Virus record (IMG/VR): IMGVR_UViG_3300016665_000182
Coordinates: 1-34,836 of that record
Reading direction: 5' to 3' (one strand)
DNA length: 34,836 nt
DNA from: a virus
Shown: positions 17,428 to 24,687 of the stretch, piece by piece
How positions within the stretch are numbered: the first letter of the stretch is position 1
Layout: the number at the start of each line of letters is the position of its first letter
Position numbers and translations under genes: made by a program
Notes under the pieces: model-generated
Told to the model about the DNA's origin: nothing
What the model saw: the letters and a program-made list of their open reading frames with translations, nothing else
Databases searched by the model: none

Positions 17428-17631
17428 TTATGTTTTATTGGGTGTCAATTTATTACTAACATACTCTCCTATTAACTCCGCTACTGTCCTGCATCCGTTT
17501 GCGCCCCTTGCCCGTAGCAGGTGGGTGCAAATAGTGTTCGGTGACTTGTTTAGTTGTTTACTGATCTCTTTTTGTGTAAATCCCTCTGAAAGTAGTTCGA
17601 CTATCTGCTTTTGCGTTTTGCTTAGTTTCAT
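17428..17631 (-). CDS. LuxR/GerE-type HTH DNA-binding protein, 67 aa
   Basis: LSKTQKQIVELLSEGFTQKEISKQLNKSPNTICTHLLRA fits the GerE HTH pattern. Confidence 0.7.
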   Translation of the reverse strand: MKLSKTQKQIVELLSEGFTQKEISKQLNKSPNTICTHLLRARGANGCRTVAELIGEYVSNKLTPNKT

Positions 17632-17843
17632 TTTAGTTTTTCATTTACTTTATCGTGTAATAAAATAGCCGCTATTGCCTTTGCGCTGTCCATAGTGTTC
17701 GTGGAAAGTCTATAACTGCCATTTTCGTAAAGCCTGTATTTCCCTTCCCGGTAGTAAATACGGTAGCCGTACTGATCGGACGTTTCGTTATTGCCTTTAT
17801 CTTTCCATTTTTGCTGAAGCTCATCCGGAATATCTATTGTCAT
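17628..17843 (-). CDS. Hypothetical protein, 71 aa
   Basis: ORF with overlap coupling at both ends. Confidence 0.5.
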   Translation of the reverse strand: MTIDIPDELQQKWKDKGNNETSDQYGYRIYYREGKYRLYENGSYRLSTNTMDSAKAIAAILLHDKVNEKLK

Positions 17844-18847
17844 CCCTTTACCATTTTAATTTTTTGCCGTAAGCTGTCCAAACGGCTTAAGTAGTCCGCT
17901 TTTGCTTTTTCGGGGCATGTTCCTTTGGGAACCTCAATCCATGTATGCCGGTCGATTTTCACGCGGGTAATGCTTGCCGGGTCGATCTTACGGGTAGCAT
18001 AAATTTTCGGGGTGATCTTTGGCGGTTTAGTGTTAATAGTAATTGGCCGGGGTTTATGTACCGTAACGGTAATTTTAGGGGCTTTTTCCGCTTTAGGTTG
18101 CTTTTCGGGCTTGGCCACCTTAATAACCTTACTCGGTTTGTTTGTCTTGCTTTTCGCGTTGTTCCACTTTACATACCAGTTTTCTAAATCAAAATTGAAA
18201 TAGTCCCCGTCCTTCGGATAGGCTGCGGCGCATTGTGGAACGGGATTCCCTGCCTGCTCAAATAGGTAGTTAATGTACTTTTTCCGTAACCTCGATGAAA
18301 GAAAGATATACCGGCATAGGATTCCTTTTTTGTCGACAATATCTTTAAAGTAGGGGTAGCTGTCCGCTCCCTTTGGGCGTTTGAGATTAGCCTTAAGTTG
18401 TTCCGGCGTCCTCTTTAGACCCATGCGCATAAAGTAGGAGCGTGCCGTTTCAGGACCTACGCCTAAATGCTCCGCCATTATTCGGAAAGGCAAACCGGAA
18501 TTTTCGCGTATCCAGTCCATTTGCTCCGGGGTCAGCTTTTTCCGCGCTTCTGCAAATTGTTCGCGGGTGCGGTTGAACTTCAACTTTCTGATCTTATTGC
18601 ACAGACTGTCTACTGTAATGCCCAGTTTTTCGGCCAACTGTTTCCGGGGCGCGTCTAGGTTTTCAGATATTATTTTAATCTCTTCGGCGGTAAAACGCTT
18701 TTGCGGTTGCGTTAATCCCATGCGCCCTATTCGGTTGTTTAATCCGGCGTGCGAAATTCCTAGCTTTTTAGCCAGCTCTTTTCGGGGCATATCTAAGTTT
18801 TGCCGAACAAATTCAATCTCTTCGGGAGTTAGTTGTTTAAAGCTCAT
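17840..18847 (-). CDS. Triple-HTH DNA-binding protein with a degenerate HNH-like segment and a Lys/Pro-rich tail
   Basis: Three ~40-aa repeats: LTPEEIEFVRQNLDMPRKELAKKLGISHAGLNNRIGRMGL, FTAEEIKIISENLDAPRKQLAEKLGITVDSLCNKIRKLKF and LTPEQMDWIRENSGLPFRIMAEHLGVGPETARSYFMRMGL. These are followed by YPKDGDYFNFDLENW and a K/P-rich region. Confidence 0.65.
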   Translation of the reverse strand: MSFKQLTPEEIEFVRQNLDMPRKELAKKLGISHAGLNNRIGRMGLTQPQKRFTAEEIKIISENLDAPRKQLAEKLGITVDSLCNKIRKLKFNRTREQFAEARKKLTPEQMDWIRENSGLPFRIMAEHLGVGPETARSYFMRMGLKRTPEQLKANLKRPKGADSYPYFKDIVDKKGILCRYIFLSSRLRKKYINYLFEQAGNPVPQCAAAYPKDGDYFNFDLENWYVKWNNAKSKTNKPSKVIKVAKPEKQPKAEKAPKITVTVHKPRPITINTKPPKITPKIYATRKIDPASITRVKIDRHTWIEVPKGTCPEKAKADYLSRLDSLRQKIKMVKG

Positions 18848-18917
18848 GTGTATTATTTTTTACTACCCGGTTCCGCCGGGTGCGGTTTATGCGTAAAGCG
18901 GCGCGTTGGGCGCAATT

Positions 18918-19253
18918 TTACGGACGCATCATAACATTGGCTCTTTTACATAGTTCATCAATTTCTGTAAGTGATTTTTTGCCAAGATTTCTGCATTTTA
19001 TTAATTCCTCTCGTGAAACATTTGCTAAGTCTTTAACAATACTATCAAATTGATTAAGATTAAAATTATTAAAAAACAACACATTTAATGCTCTAACTGA
19101 TAAACCCGTTACAAAAGTGTCTGCGAGCTTTGTGTTTCTTAATTCAAAGTATTTATCTGTGTTTTTATCTATTTCTGCAATTACAGAAATGCATTGTTCC
19201 CTGTATTGTTTTACAATTTGCAACGCTTTTTGATATTCTTCGTTTGTAATCAT
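18918..19253 (-). CDS. RNA polymerase alpha-subunit C-terminal-domain (alpha-CTD)-like protein, 111 aa
   Basis: LSVRALNVL ... NLGKKSLTEIDEL. The decapeptide NLGKKSLTEI is identical to E. coli RpoA CTD as I recall it, and LSVRALNVL parallels LTVRSANCL. The ATG at 19253 is preferred over the tracked TTG at 19286. Confidence 0.75.
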   Translation of the reverse strand: MITNEEYQKALQIVKQYREQCISVIAEIDKNTDKYFELRNTKLADTFVTGLSVRALNVLFFNNFNLNQFDSIVKDLANVSREELIKCRNLGKKSLTEIDELCKRANVMMRP

Positions 19254-19369
19254 GTTTAAAAACTGCGCCCAACAACCGCTTGCCAATATGCGGGCGACAT
19301 TACCACATTGACAAGTGCCGTGTTTAAATCCCGCACATCGGCAAGCGGGAGAACGTTATAAGCAAGCTG

Positions 19370-20005
19370 CTACGGAAGCTCTCCGAATAAACCGACCTGC
19401 TCATAATCTTTTTTAATTAAAATTTTTCCAACCGCACAATTAAGAATGTGAAGTCCTAACTCTGAATTAACAGCGTTTCTATCTTCTAAACTTTTATCGT
19501 GGGCATGTTTGCCAGTTCCTACATACTGTTTCATCATCGTTCCTATCTCGTTTTTAGGCATTTCAATTACAGGTATTCTAAAGTTGCTCCAAATAAAGTG
19601 CCTGCCAATTTTAGTGTATTGTGGCAAAAATGGTTCGTAAAATGGTATCACATTTTCAACCATCCATAAGCCCTTGAAAAATTGGTTTAAGAATATAATC
19701 TCTTGCCACAATTTCATATCAGGGTATGTAGGCACTTTTCTTATTGCTTGTGTAAAGTAATTTGTTCGGCTATGAGTTGGGCAAGGAAGCGAGCTCCAAA
19801 TGATATTAAACCGCTTGTAATTATGCAATAAGTATTCGTGTGCGTCTGCTACAATTACAATATCATTTGTGTATCTTCTTTGATATTCGGCAGCAACTTT
19901 AGGATTAATTTCTACGGCTGTAATTTCGTATTCATCGCCCCAAAGCTCTCGGTTTCCACCAATGCCACAATACAAGTTCAATATTTTTATTTTCTCTTTT
20001 TCCAA
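19370..20005 (-). CDS. Compact cytosine-C5 DNA methyltransferase-like protein, 211 aa
   Basis: Motif I LYCGIGG, motif IV SSLPCPTHS (PC dipeptide), motif VI MVENV, and a possible motif X NCAV. AT-rich gene. TTG start, with no in-frame ATG near the N-terminus. Confidence 0.6.
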   Translation of the reverse strand: MEKEKIKILNLYCGIGGNRELWGDEYEITAVEINPKVAAEYQRRYTNDIVIVADAHEYLLHNYKRFNIIWSSLPCPTHSRTNYFTQAIRKVPTYPDMKLWQEIIFLNQFFKGLWMVENVIPFYEPFLPQYTKIGRHFIWSNFRIPVIEMPKNEIGTMMKQYVGTGKHAHDKSLEDRNAVNSELGLHILNCAVGKILIKKDYEQVGLFGELP

Positions 20006-20159
20006 CGCTTCAAAAATTTTAATTAAAAAAGGTTTCGTGTTCCAATTTTAGTTTTGTGCCAACCAACCGCAGCCAGCTTATAACAGCGGTTTTGTGCAAG
20101 CTGCCCGACACACAAACCAACGCTTCGCAGCCTGACACAAAGCCGCAAAACGTTAGCGG

Positions 20160-20447
20160 TCATTGCCGCTTTTGAATAACATATTTATCAAGCAACTCAT
20201 CAGCAGTATCTTTTCGGCTTAAATAATAAATATCAGGGTGTAAATTGCTAAAATGGCAAATTCGTTTATCTTCTAATAATCTGATTAACTCGTCTCGGCT
20301 GACAAGCGGCAACGAACCGCTAACATGCGGTTGGCGCAATGCTGCTTCCATCTCAGAAATATACCTCAATACACTTATGGGTGTTGTCAAATAATCTTCT
20401 TCCGCATTTTTGCGGTAGTAATCTAAATCTTTGTTTTGTGTTTGCAT
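20160..20447 (-). CDS. Hypothetical protein, 95 aa (AT-rich cassette)
   Basis: ORF with an ATG start, flanked by long spacers. Confidence 0.5.
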   Translation of the reverse strand: MQTQNKDLDYYRKNAEEDYLTTPISVLRYISEMEAALRQPHVSGSLPLVSRDELIRLLEDKRICHFSNLHPDIYYLSRKDTADELLDKYVIQKRQ

Positions 20448-20642
20448 TTCAACTTATTTTAGTTGTTAGTATTCGCACTGCGCCAACCGCCCAAACGTTA
20501 GCTGCTATTTTGCGACAACTCCGCAACCTTAGATTTTACCATTGGCCTTATGACTTCCACCCATTCGACACGGACACGAAAAGCAATTGTTTTGGTTTGG
20601 TAGTTTGCCTTTTTGCGACCTGAGCCGACACGCTTCCCTCCT

Positions 20643-20873
20643 TTAGTATTTTGCTTCATTTACCCAATGGTTTAAATCGTTTTCATTACAGGTTGCACCG
20701 TGAGCCTTTGCAAACAAAATCATATCTTCAACGGTAAATCTTCCATCTTTTAATCTATCAAGTTTTATAGCCTGTTCAATCATTCTTAAAACTTTGTTTT
20801 CATTATATTGATTTAAACCACCATACCCGCCATCTGGCAGGTATTGGTATATTATGTCTTTGTTGCTTTTCAT
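20643..20873 (-). CDS. Hypothetical protein, 76 aa (AT-rich cassette)
   Basis: ORF with an ATG start, flanked by long spacers. Confidence 0.5.
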   Translation of the reverse strand: MKSNKDIIYQYLPDGGYGGLNQYNENKVLRMIEQAIKLDRLKDGRFTVEDMILFAKAHGATCNENDLNHWVNEAKY

Positions 20874-21063
20874 AACTCAATTGTTACCCAGTCATTTTTT
20901 AAATAGTAATATTTGCATCCAAAAAATTCATCAGCTAAGACAAGCGATAAAGTTGATATTACTTCTCAGGCTACTAAAACTTTTCCCATCGCTATTTTTT
21001 AAAAATTAAACTGATACATAACAGCACATTGGCGGCATTAAAACGACCGCCAATCTGCAAACC

Positions 21064-21158
21064 GTTAGCAGTAATGCCTTTCATCGCACCAACCACATTT
21101 GTAATAATTTTTAGTTACCATCTTCCAAAAATGGCTACACTTTGGCACTACTGCTAAC
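21064..21158 (-). repeat. 15-bp inverted repeat (14/15; perfect with one G-U as minus-strand RNA) enclosing 65 nt
   Basis: gttagcagtaatgcc at 21064-21078 against ggcactactgctaac at 21144-21158, inside the 336-nt non-coding gap 20874-21209. Confidence 0.8.
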
Positions 21159-21209
21159 ACAGGTTTTGCGTCATTTGCGGTTAAGTGCTTATTTTCAAGT
21201 TTTTGTTTT

Positions 21210-21614
21210 TTAAGTTTCATGTGTGCTTATTTTTTCTTTGTAGTGTTCAATAATCTGTTCTAGCTCTTCGCGTGTCCATTTGTAGACTTTGTTTGCCATA
21301 TAGTCTGCTTCTAACCGGTTTACTTCGGCCTCTCCGATCTTCTTAATTAGGTTCAATCGGTAGGCTATCTGGTTCCCGTGTAAGTGGCAGTTACAGTAAG
21401 AACATTGTAAATGTATGTTACTTTCTTCAAACCGCAAAAAAGAACTCTGATTTACCGCGATAAAGTGCCCCGCTTGATTGGCTTTGTCCGATCCACAAGA
21501 TATACACGGCTTTCCCGCGTCCCGTAGTCGTATGTACTTATTACACAATTCCTGTGCCTTTGCTTTCAGCTTTGGGATCGGCACTACCTTAGTGGCTTTC
21601 TTTTTCATTCTCAT
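21210..21614 (-). CDS. ninG: NinG/Rap-like recombination endonuclease
   Basis: CISCGS...QAGHFIAV..SSFLRFEESNIHLQCSYCNCHLHGN matches the lambda NinG-family Cys/His pattern. Confidence 0.7.
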   Translation of the reverse strand: MRMKKKATKVVPIPKLKAKAQELCNKYIRLRDAGKPCISCGSDKANQAGHFIAVNQSSFLRFEESNIHLQCSYCNCHLHGNQIAYRLNLIKKIGEAEVNRLEADYMANKVYKWTREELEQIIEHYKEKISTHET

Positions 21615-21885
21615 CGGTTTTTATCATTGCCTTTGCCAGCTCTAAAGCGCGCTCATAATTCGTTGTTGTAAACCCATTTACGCCCCATTCGAACGCCGAA
21701 GGGTAAACTTCGCAGGCAGGGTCTTTCTCAAAATTCCCTTCATTATTTTTTTGCTTAATTCTTACAACCTCATAGCATTGCCTGACCCCGTCCAATATGA
21801 CCTCATAAATTCTTATTCTTCCCTCTTTAAAAAGCATATTGTAAGTAAATCCGTTTTTTTTAAATTTTTCAGGAACCTTTTTCAT
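21589..21885 (-). CDS. Hypothetical protein, 98 aa
   Basis: ORF with an ATG start, downstream of the primase-helicase. Confidence 0.5.
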   Translation of the reverse strand: MKKVPEKFKKNGFTYNMLFKEGRIRIYEVILDGVRQCYEVVRIKQKNNEGNFEKDPACEVYPSAFEWGVNGFTTTNYERALELAKAMIKTDENEKESH

Positions 21886-21992
21886 GTTTTTTAGTTTTTG
21901 ATTTTAAGGCCGTTTTTAGGCCGTCTTTTTTATTTTTAATATCAACACATTACTAAAGACATTTAAGGCGAAATTTTAGCCTCTAAATGGCC

Positions 21993-23669
21993 TCAAAACG
22001 GATCGGGGGCATTTGCGACATACTGCCGCGTTTCAGGATTGAATATAAACGAGGTATAACCAACCTTCCCGAGCCAGCTCCATTTGACCTTTTGGACGTA
22101 AACCGTGACCTCCCCGGTTTCGAAGTCCCGCCAAACACAAAGCCCGTTGTGCGTTTTGTTGAAAAAGTGCGCCGAGCCTGAAATACTGTAAAGGGTCGGA
22201 ACGTCATATTTCCCGGTTCCTTTGTCCTTTTGAATCTTCGTCGGGTGGGCAATTAGGAACACATGCAGGTTGTATCTCGTTAAAAAGTTTATCAAAGTAT
22301 TTAGCGTTTCGCTGACATATTGCGTTTCCGAATACCCGGGCGGTATCTTATGTTCCAAACAGTTCCACGGGTTGATAATCGCACCCCGAATGCCGTGCCT
22401 TAAGACCAACTCGCGAAGCTTGTCAATAATCCCATCCATTGTGACCTCAACGGTGTTCACGTTCACAAAGTGGAAATACTTGTCAACCATCACTACTGAC
22501 CATTCAAACTCCGAAGTGCTTATCCGACTATCCGGGTTTTTTCTAAAGCCGAAAGCCTTCCCAGTTAGTTTTTCTTGAAGCTTAGTGACCGTAACCGTAG
22601 GCGGCTCCTCCATCCCAACAACTCCCCAACTCCATCCGTGCAACTTTGCAAGCTGACACATGACGTAGTTCGCAAACTCATCCTTCCCGCTCCCGGGTAT
22701 GCCGGTTATCATTGTCAACTGTCCCCCTTGAAAAGTTAGCAGCTCATCAAACCCTACAATACCGGCCGCATCCCCTTTTGGGTATCCGTTTAGAAAATAG
22801 TCGCACACGGTGTCATACATCTCATCCATCGTTACCACGCCCTCCAGTGGCCACAATTGCGCCCCGTCAATAATGGACTTTACCGCTTCCGGCCCGTGCT
22901 TTATTAGCACCTCGTTCGCGTCTTTACAGTTTTCGGGATAGGTCACGGTATAGCACCGGTCTTTCCCTAGCCGGCGGGCTAGCTCCTGCTTTAGTGCTTC
23001 GCCGGGTTCGTCATTGTCAACACACAAAACAATTTTTTCCGCGCCCTCGAATGCCTGCCAGCAGTTGTCAAGATATTCCAGCTTTTGGTTTCCCTTGCTT
23101 GCACCGTTCGGAACCGATACCACCGGGTACACTTTCGATTCATACAAACTCAAAGCATCTATTTCGCCTTCAACGATAACTACCGTCTTTTCATTTTCGA
23201 TCGCAGGCAGGTTGTAAAAGATTAGCTCTGCATCCTTTGCCAACTTAAACGATTTTTCCGGCCCCCGAAATTTGATATTTACTAATTCCGTGCCCCGGTA
23301 GTAGTTGAAACAAATTACGGGCACCTCTTTGCCGTGCTGTGGCATCCATTCGACCGCTTCGGTCACGTTGAACCGTAGTAGCGTGTTGTTGCTTATGCCA
23401 CGGGATTCAAAAAAAGCCATCGCCTTTGCGCCTAACTTTTCCAGCCGGGCCACGGGCTTAACGTATTCTTTTTTCGGCCCCGTCTTTGGGAGTGCTCCAG
23501 TCCAGCCGCAATTGTGGCAGTTCCACACGCCCTCCGAAACATTTACCGACAAATCTTTACTGTTTCGGTTTTTCGGGCTACGGTTGTGCGGAGTGCATTG
23601 CGGGCAGATTGTCTTTACGTTCCCGGTTGCCCCATGTGGCACTTTTATCCCGTAATTGTGAAAACTCAT
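21993..23669 (-). CDS. Bifunctional primase-helicase (T7 gp4-like)
   Basis: Zn-ribbon CPQC...CHNC. TOPRIM motifs VVIVEGEIDALS and CVDNDEPG. P-loop TGIPGSGKDEF and a DnaB-like C-terminal half. The ATG at 23669 forms an ATGA overlap with the upstream stop; the tracked start is 23714. Confidence 0.85.
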   Translation of the reverse strand: MSFHNYGIKVPHGATGNVKTICPQCTPHNRSPKNRNSKDLSVNVSEGVWNCHNCGWTGALPKTGPKKEYVKPVARLEKLGAKAMAFFESRGISNNTLLRFNVTEAVEWMPQHGKEVPVICFNYYRGTELVNIKFRGPEKSFKLAKDAELIFYNLPAIENEKTVVIVEGEIDALSLYESKVYPVVSVPNGASKGNQKLEYLDNCWQAFEGAEKIVLCVDNDEPGEALKQELARRLGKDRCYTVTYPENCKDANEVLIKHGPEAVKSIIDGAQLWPLEGVVTMDEMYDTVCDYFLNGYPKGDAAGIVGFDELLTFQGGQLTMITGIPGSGKDEFANYVMCQLAKLHGWSWGVVGMEEPPTVTVTKLQEKLTGKAFGFRKNPDSRISTSEFEWSVVMVDKYFHFVNVNTVEVTMDGIIDKLRELVLRHGIRGAIINPWNCLEHKIPPGYSETQYVSETLNTLINFLTRYNLHVFLIAHPTKIQKDKGTGKYDVPTLYSISGSAHFFNKTHNGLCVWRDFETGEVTVYVQKVKWSWLGKVGYTSFIFNPETRQYVANAPDPF

Positions 23670-24370
23670 AAAATCATTCTTTTCGGCTGTGCCCGGTTTT
23701 CGTCTTTGAACCAAACCCCAACCATTTTTTGTTTCCAGTTTTTCACCGGTTTGCCGTCACGGTCTTTCCATTCGTTCGCGTTGTAGTACTCCCATGCTTT
23801 TCGCCCTGCTGATTCCGAAAACCCTTTTTCAGTAAAAAAATTTGCCACTTCATCAATTGTGGGCGGTGTATATTTTCTTTCTTTTATTTCTTTTCTTTCT
23901 TTTATTTCTTTTTCTTTTCTTTCCTTTATAGCATTGCACGCTGCATTGCTGTCTGCATTGCAGTCTGCATTACTGTCTGCATTGCACGCTGCATTGCACG
24001 CTGCATTGCTAGCTGCATTGCTGTGTGCATTGCTCCATCTGTTAAGGGCTTTACTCCTTGCTAAATTGGCTTTTTCTAATCGCTTCCCCATCCGCCTATT
24101 TACAGATTCAGACAAAAAATGCGTTTCGTTTGTTTCGAATAATCCGGATTTTTCAACGATATACCGTGCCAGTTCTTCCGATACTTTTAACTCTTCCGCA
24201 ATTAGGTCAAGGTCTGACAGTTCTATACTTCCGCCTTCTTCATATAACATCTCAATAAGGCACCAATAAGCACCGACCCCGGCCATGCCGTATTTCCGGC
24301 GTAATTTCAATAATTTAATGTCGTTCCGGGCGTTGTAATCGTGCGAAAAGTAGTTTGCTTCTTTTGCCAT
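23666..24370 (-). CDS. DUF4373-type replisome-organizer/replication-initiation-like protein
   Basis: N-terminal ANYFSHDYNARNDIKLLKLRRKYGMAGVGAYWCLIEMLYE fits the DUF4373 (Lin1244-like) pattern. A low-complexity linker (SNAA/CNAD repeats, KERKEKEIKERK) precedes the C-terminal domain. Lies directly upstream of the primase-helicase. Confidence 0.65.
   Translation of the reverse strand: MAKEANYFSHDYNARNDIKLLKLRRKYGMAGVGAYWCLIEMLYEEGGSIELSDLDLIAEELKVSEELARYIVEKSGLFETNETHFLSESVNRRMGKRLEKANLARSKALNRWSNAHSNAASNAACNAACNADSNADCNADSNAACNAIKERKEKEIKERKEIKERKYTPPTIDEVANFFTEKGFSESAGRKAWEYYNANEWKDRDGKPVKNWKQKMVGVWFKDENRAQPKRMIL
23871..23930. repeat. AT-rich polypyrimidine (plus) / polypurine (minus) tract with internal ~17-bp repeats
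   Basis: tattttctttcttttatttcttttctttcttttatttctttttcttttctttcctttata. It encodes KERKEKEIKERKEIKERK. Confidence 0.85.
23931..24038. repeat. Nine tandem 12-bp repeats, GCATTGC(A/T)NNCT
   Basis: Phased by hand from 23931: gcattgcacgct, gcattgctgtct, gcattgcagtct, gcattactgtct, gcattgcacgct, gcattgcacgct, gcattgctagct, gcattgctgtgt, gcattgctccat. Confidence 0.9.
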
Positions 24371-24384
24371 GTTTAAAATTTAAA

Positions 24385-24406
24385 GCCCACCGCCGAAGCG
24401 GCGGGC
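24385..24406 (-). promoter_or_regulatory. 9-bp GC-rich hairpin with UUCG tetraloop, 14 nt upstream of the ATG at 24370
   Basis: Minus strand reads GCCCGCCGC-TTCG-GCGGTGGGC, with one G-U pair. Confidence 0.7.
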
Positions 24407-24409
24407 CTG

Positions 24410-24676
24410 TTAATTAATGCCGTGTCGGCTGTTTTTTTCTATCCGATCTAGTAGCCGGTTTTGCGCTCTATACCATTTAATCTCCGGAAGCGGGTGTTTA
24501 CAAACCGATTCCCGGTAACTGTAATCCTCTGACAGATTCCCCGGCAATAGTTGGTAAAATGTGCCGTCTTTTGTAAGTTGTTCCATTCTTACCACCCCGA
24601 AAGCGTCACGGGTTACGCGGTAGTAAAATGTCAAACCGTCCGTGAAATAGTCGGTAGTTGGCAAACATTCCATCAT
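24410..24676 (-). CDS. Hypothetical protein, 88 aa
   Basis: ORF with an ATG start. Confidence 0.5.
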   Translation of the reverse strand: MMECLPTTDYFTDGLTFYYRVTRDAFGVVRMEQLTKDGTFYQLLPGNLSEDYSYRESVCKHPLPEIKWYRAQNRLLDRIEKNSRHGIN

Positions 24677-24687
24677 TTGATTATATT

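Noticed and set aside
19254-19350. An open, Cys-rich frame (..CRCAGFKHGTCQCGNVARILASGCW..) continuous with and upstream of the alpha-CTD-like gene. It could be a zinc-ribbon N-terminal extension.
   Set aside because: The only candidate start in this frame upstream of 19253 is the tracked TTG at 19286, and it lies downstream of the CxC...CxC cluster. The frame opens right after a TAA. It is kept only as a note, as a possible remnant or a non-canonical initiation.
20448-20642. The long intergenic spacers (also 20006-20159 and 20874-21209) inspected for tRNA genes.
   Set aside because: I found no GTTCGAATC-like T-loop with a flanking 5-bp stem and no acceptor-stem pairing on either strand. A tRNAscan or Infernal run would still be the decisive check.
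21983-22252. Minus- and plus-strand ORFs of 89 and 64 aa at the 3' end of the primase-helicase gene.
   Set aside because: They lie entirely inside the well-supported primase-helicase ORF in other frames. Their composition is Arg/Pro/Ser-rich and typical of an off-frame translation.
23931-24038. The regular 12-bp repeat array considered as a CRISPR array or minisatellite.
   Set aside because: The repeats are contiguous with no spacers, only 12 bp long, and sit in frame inside a gene. They are interpreted as iteron-like repeats or a coding low-complexity linker.
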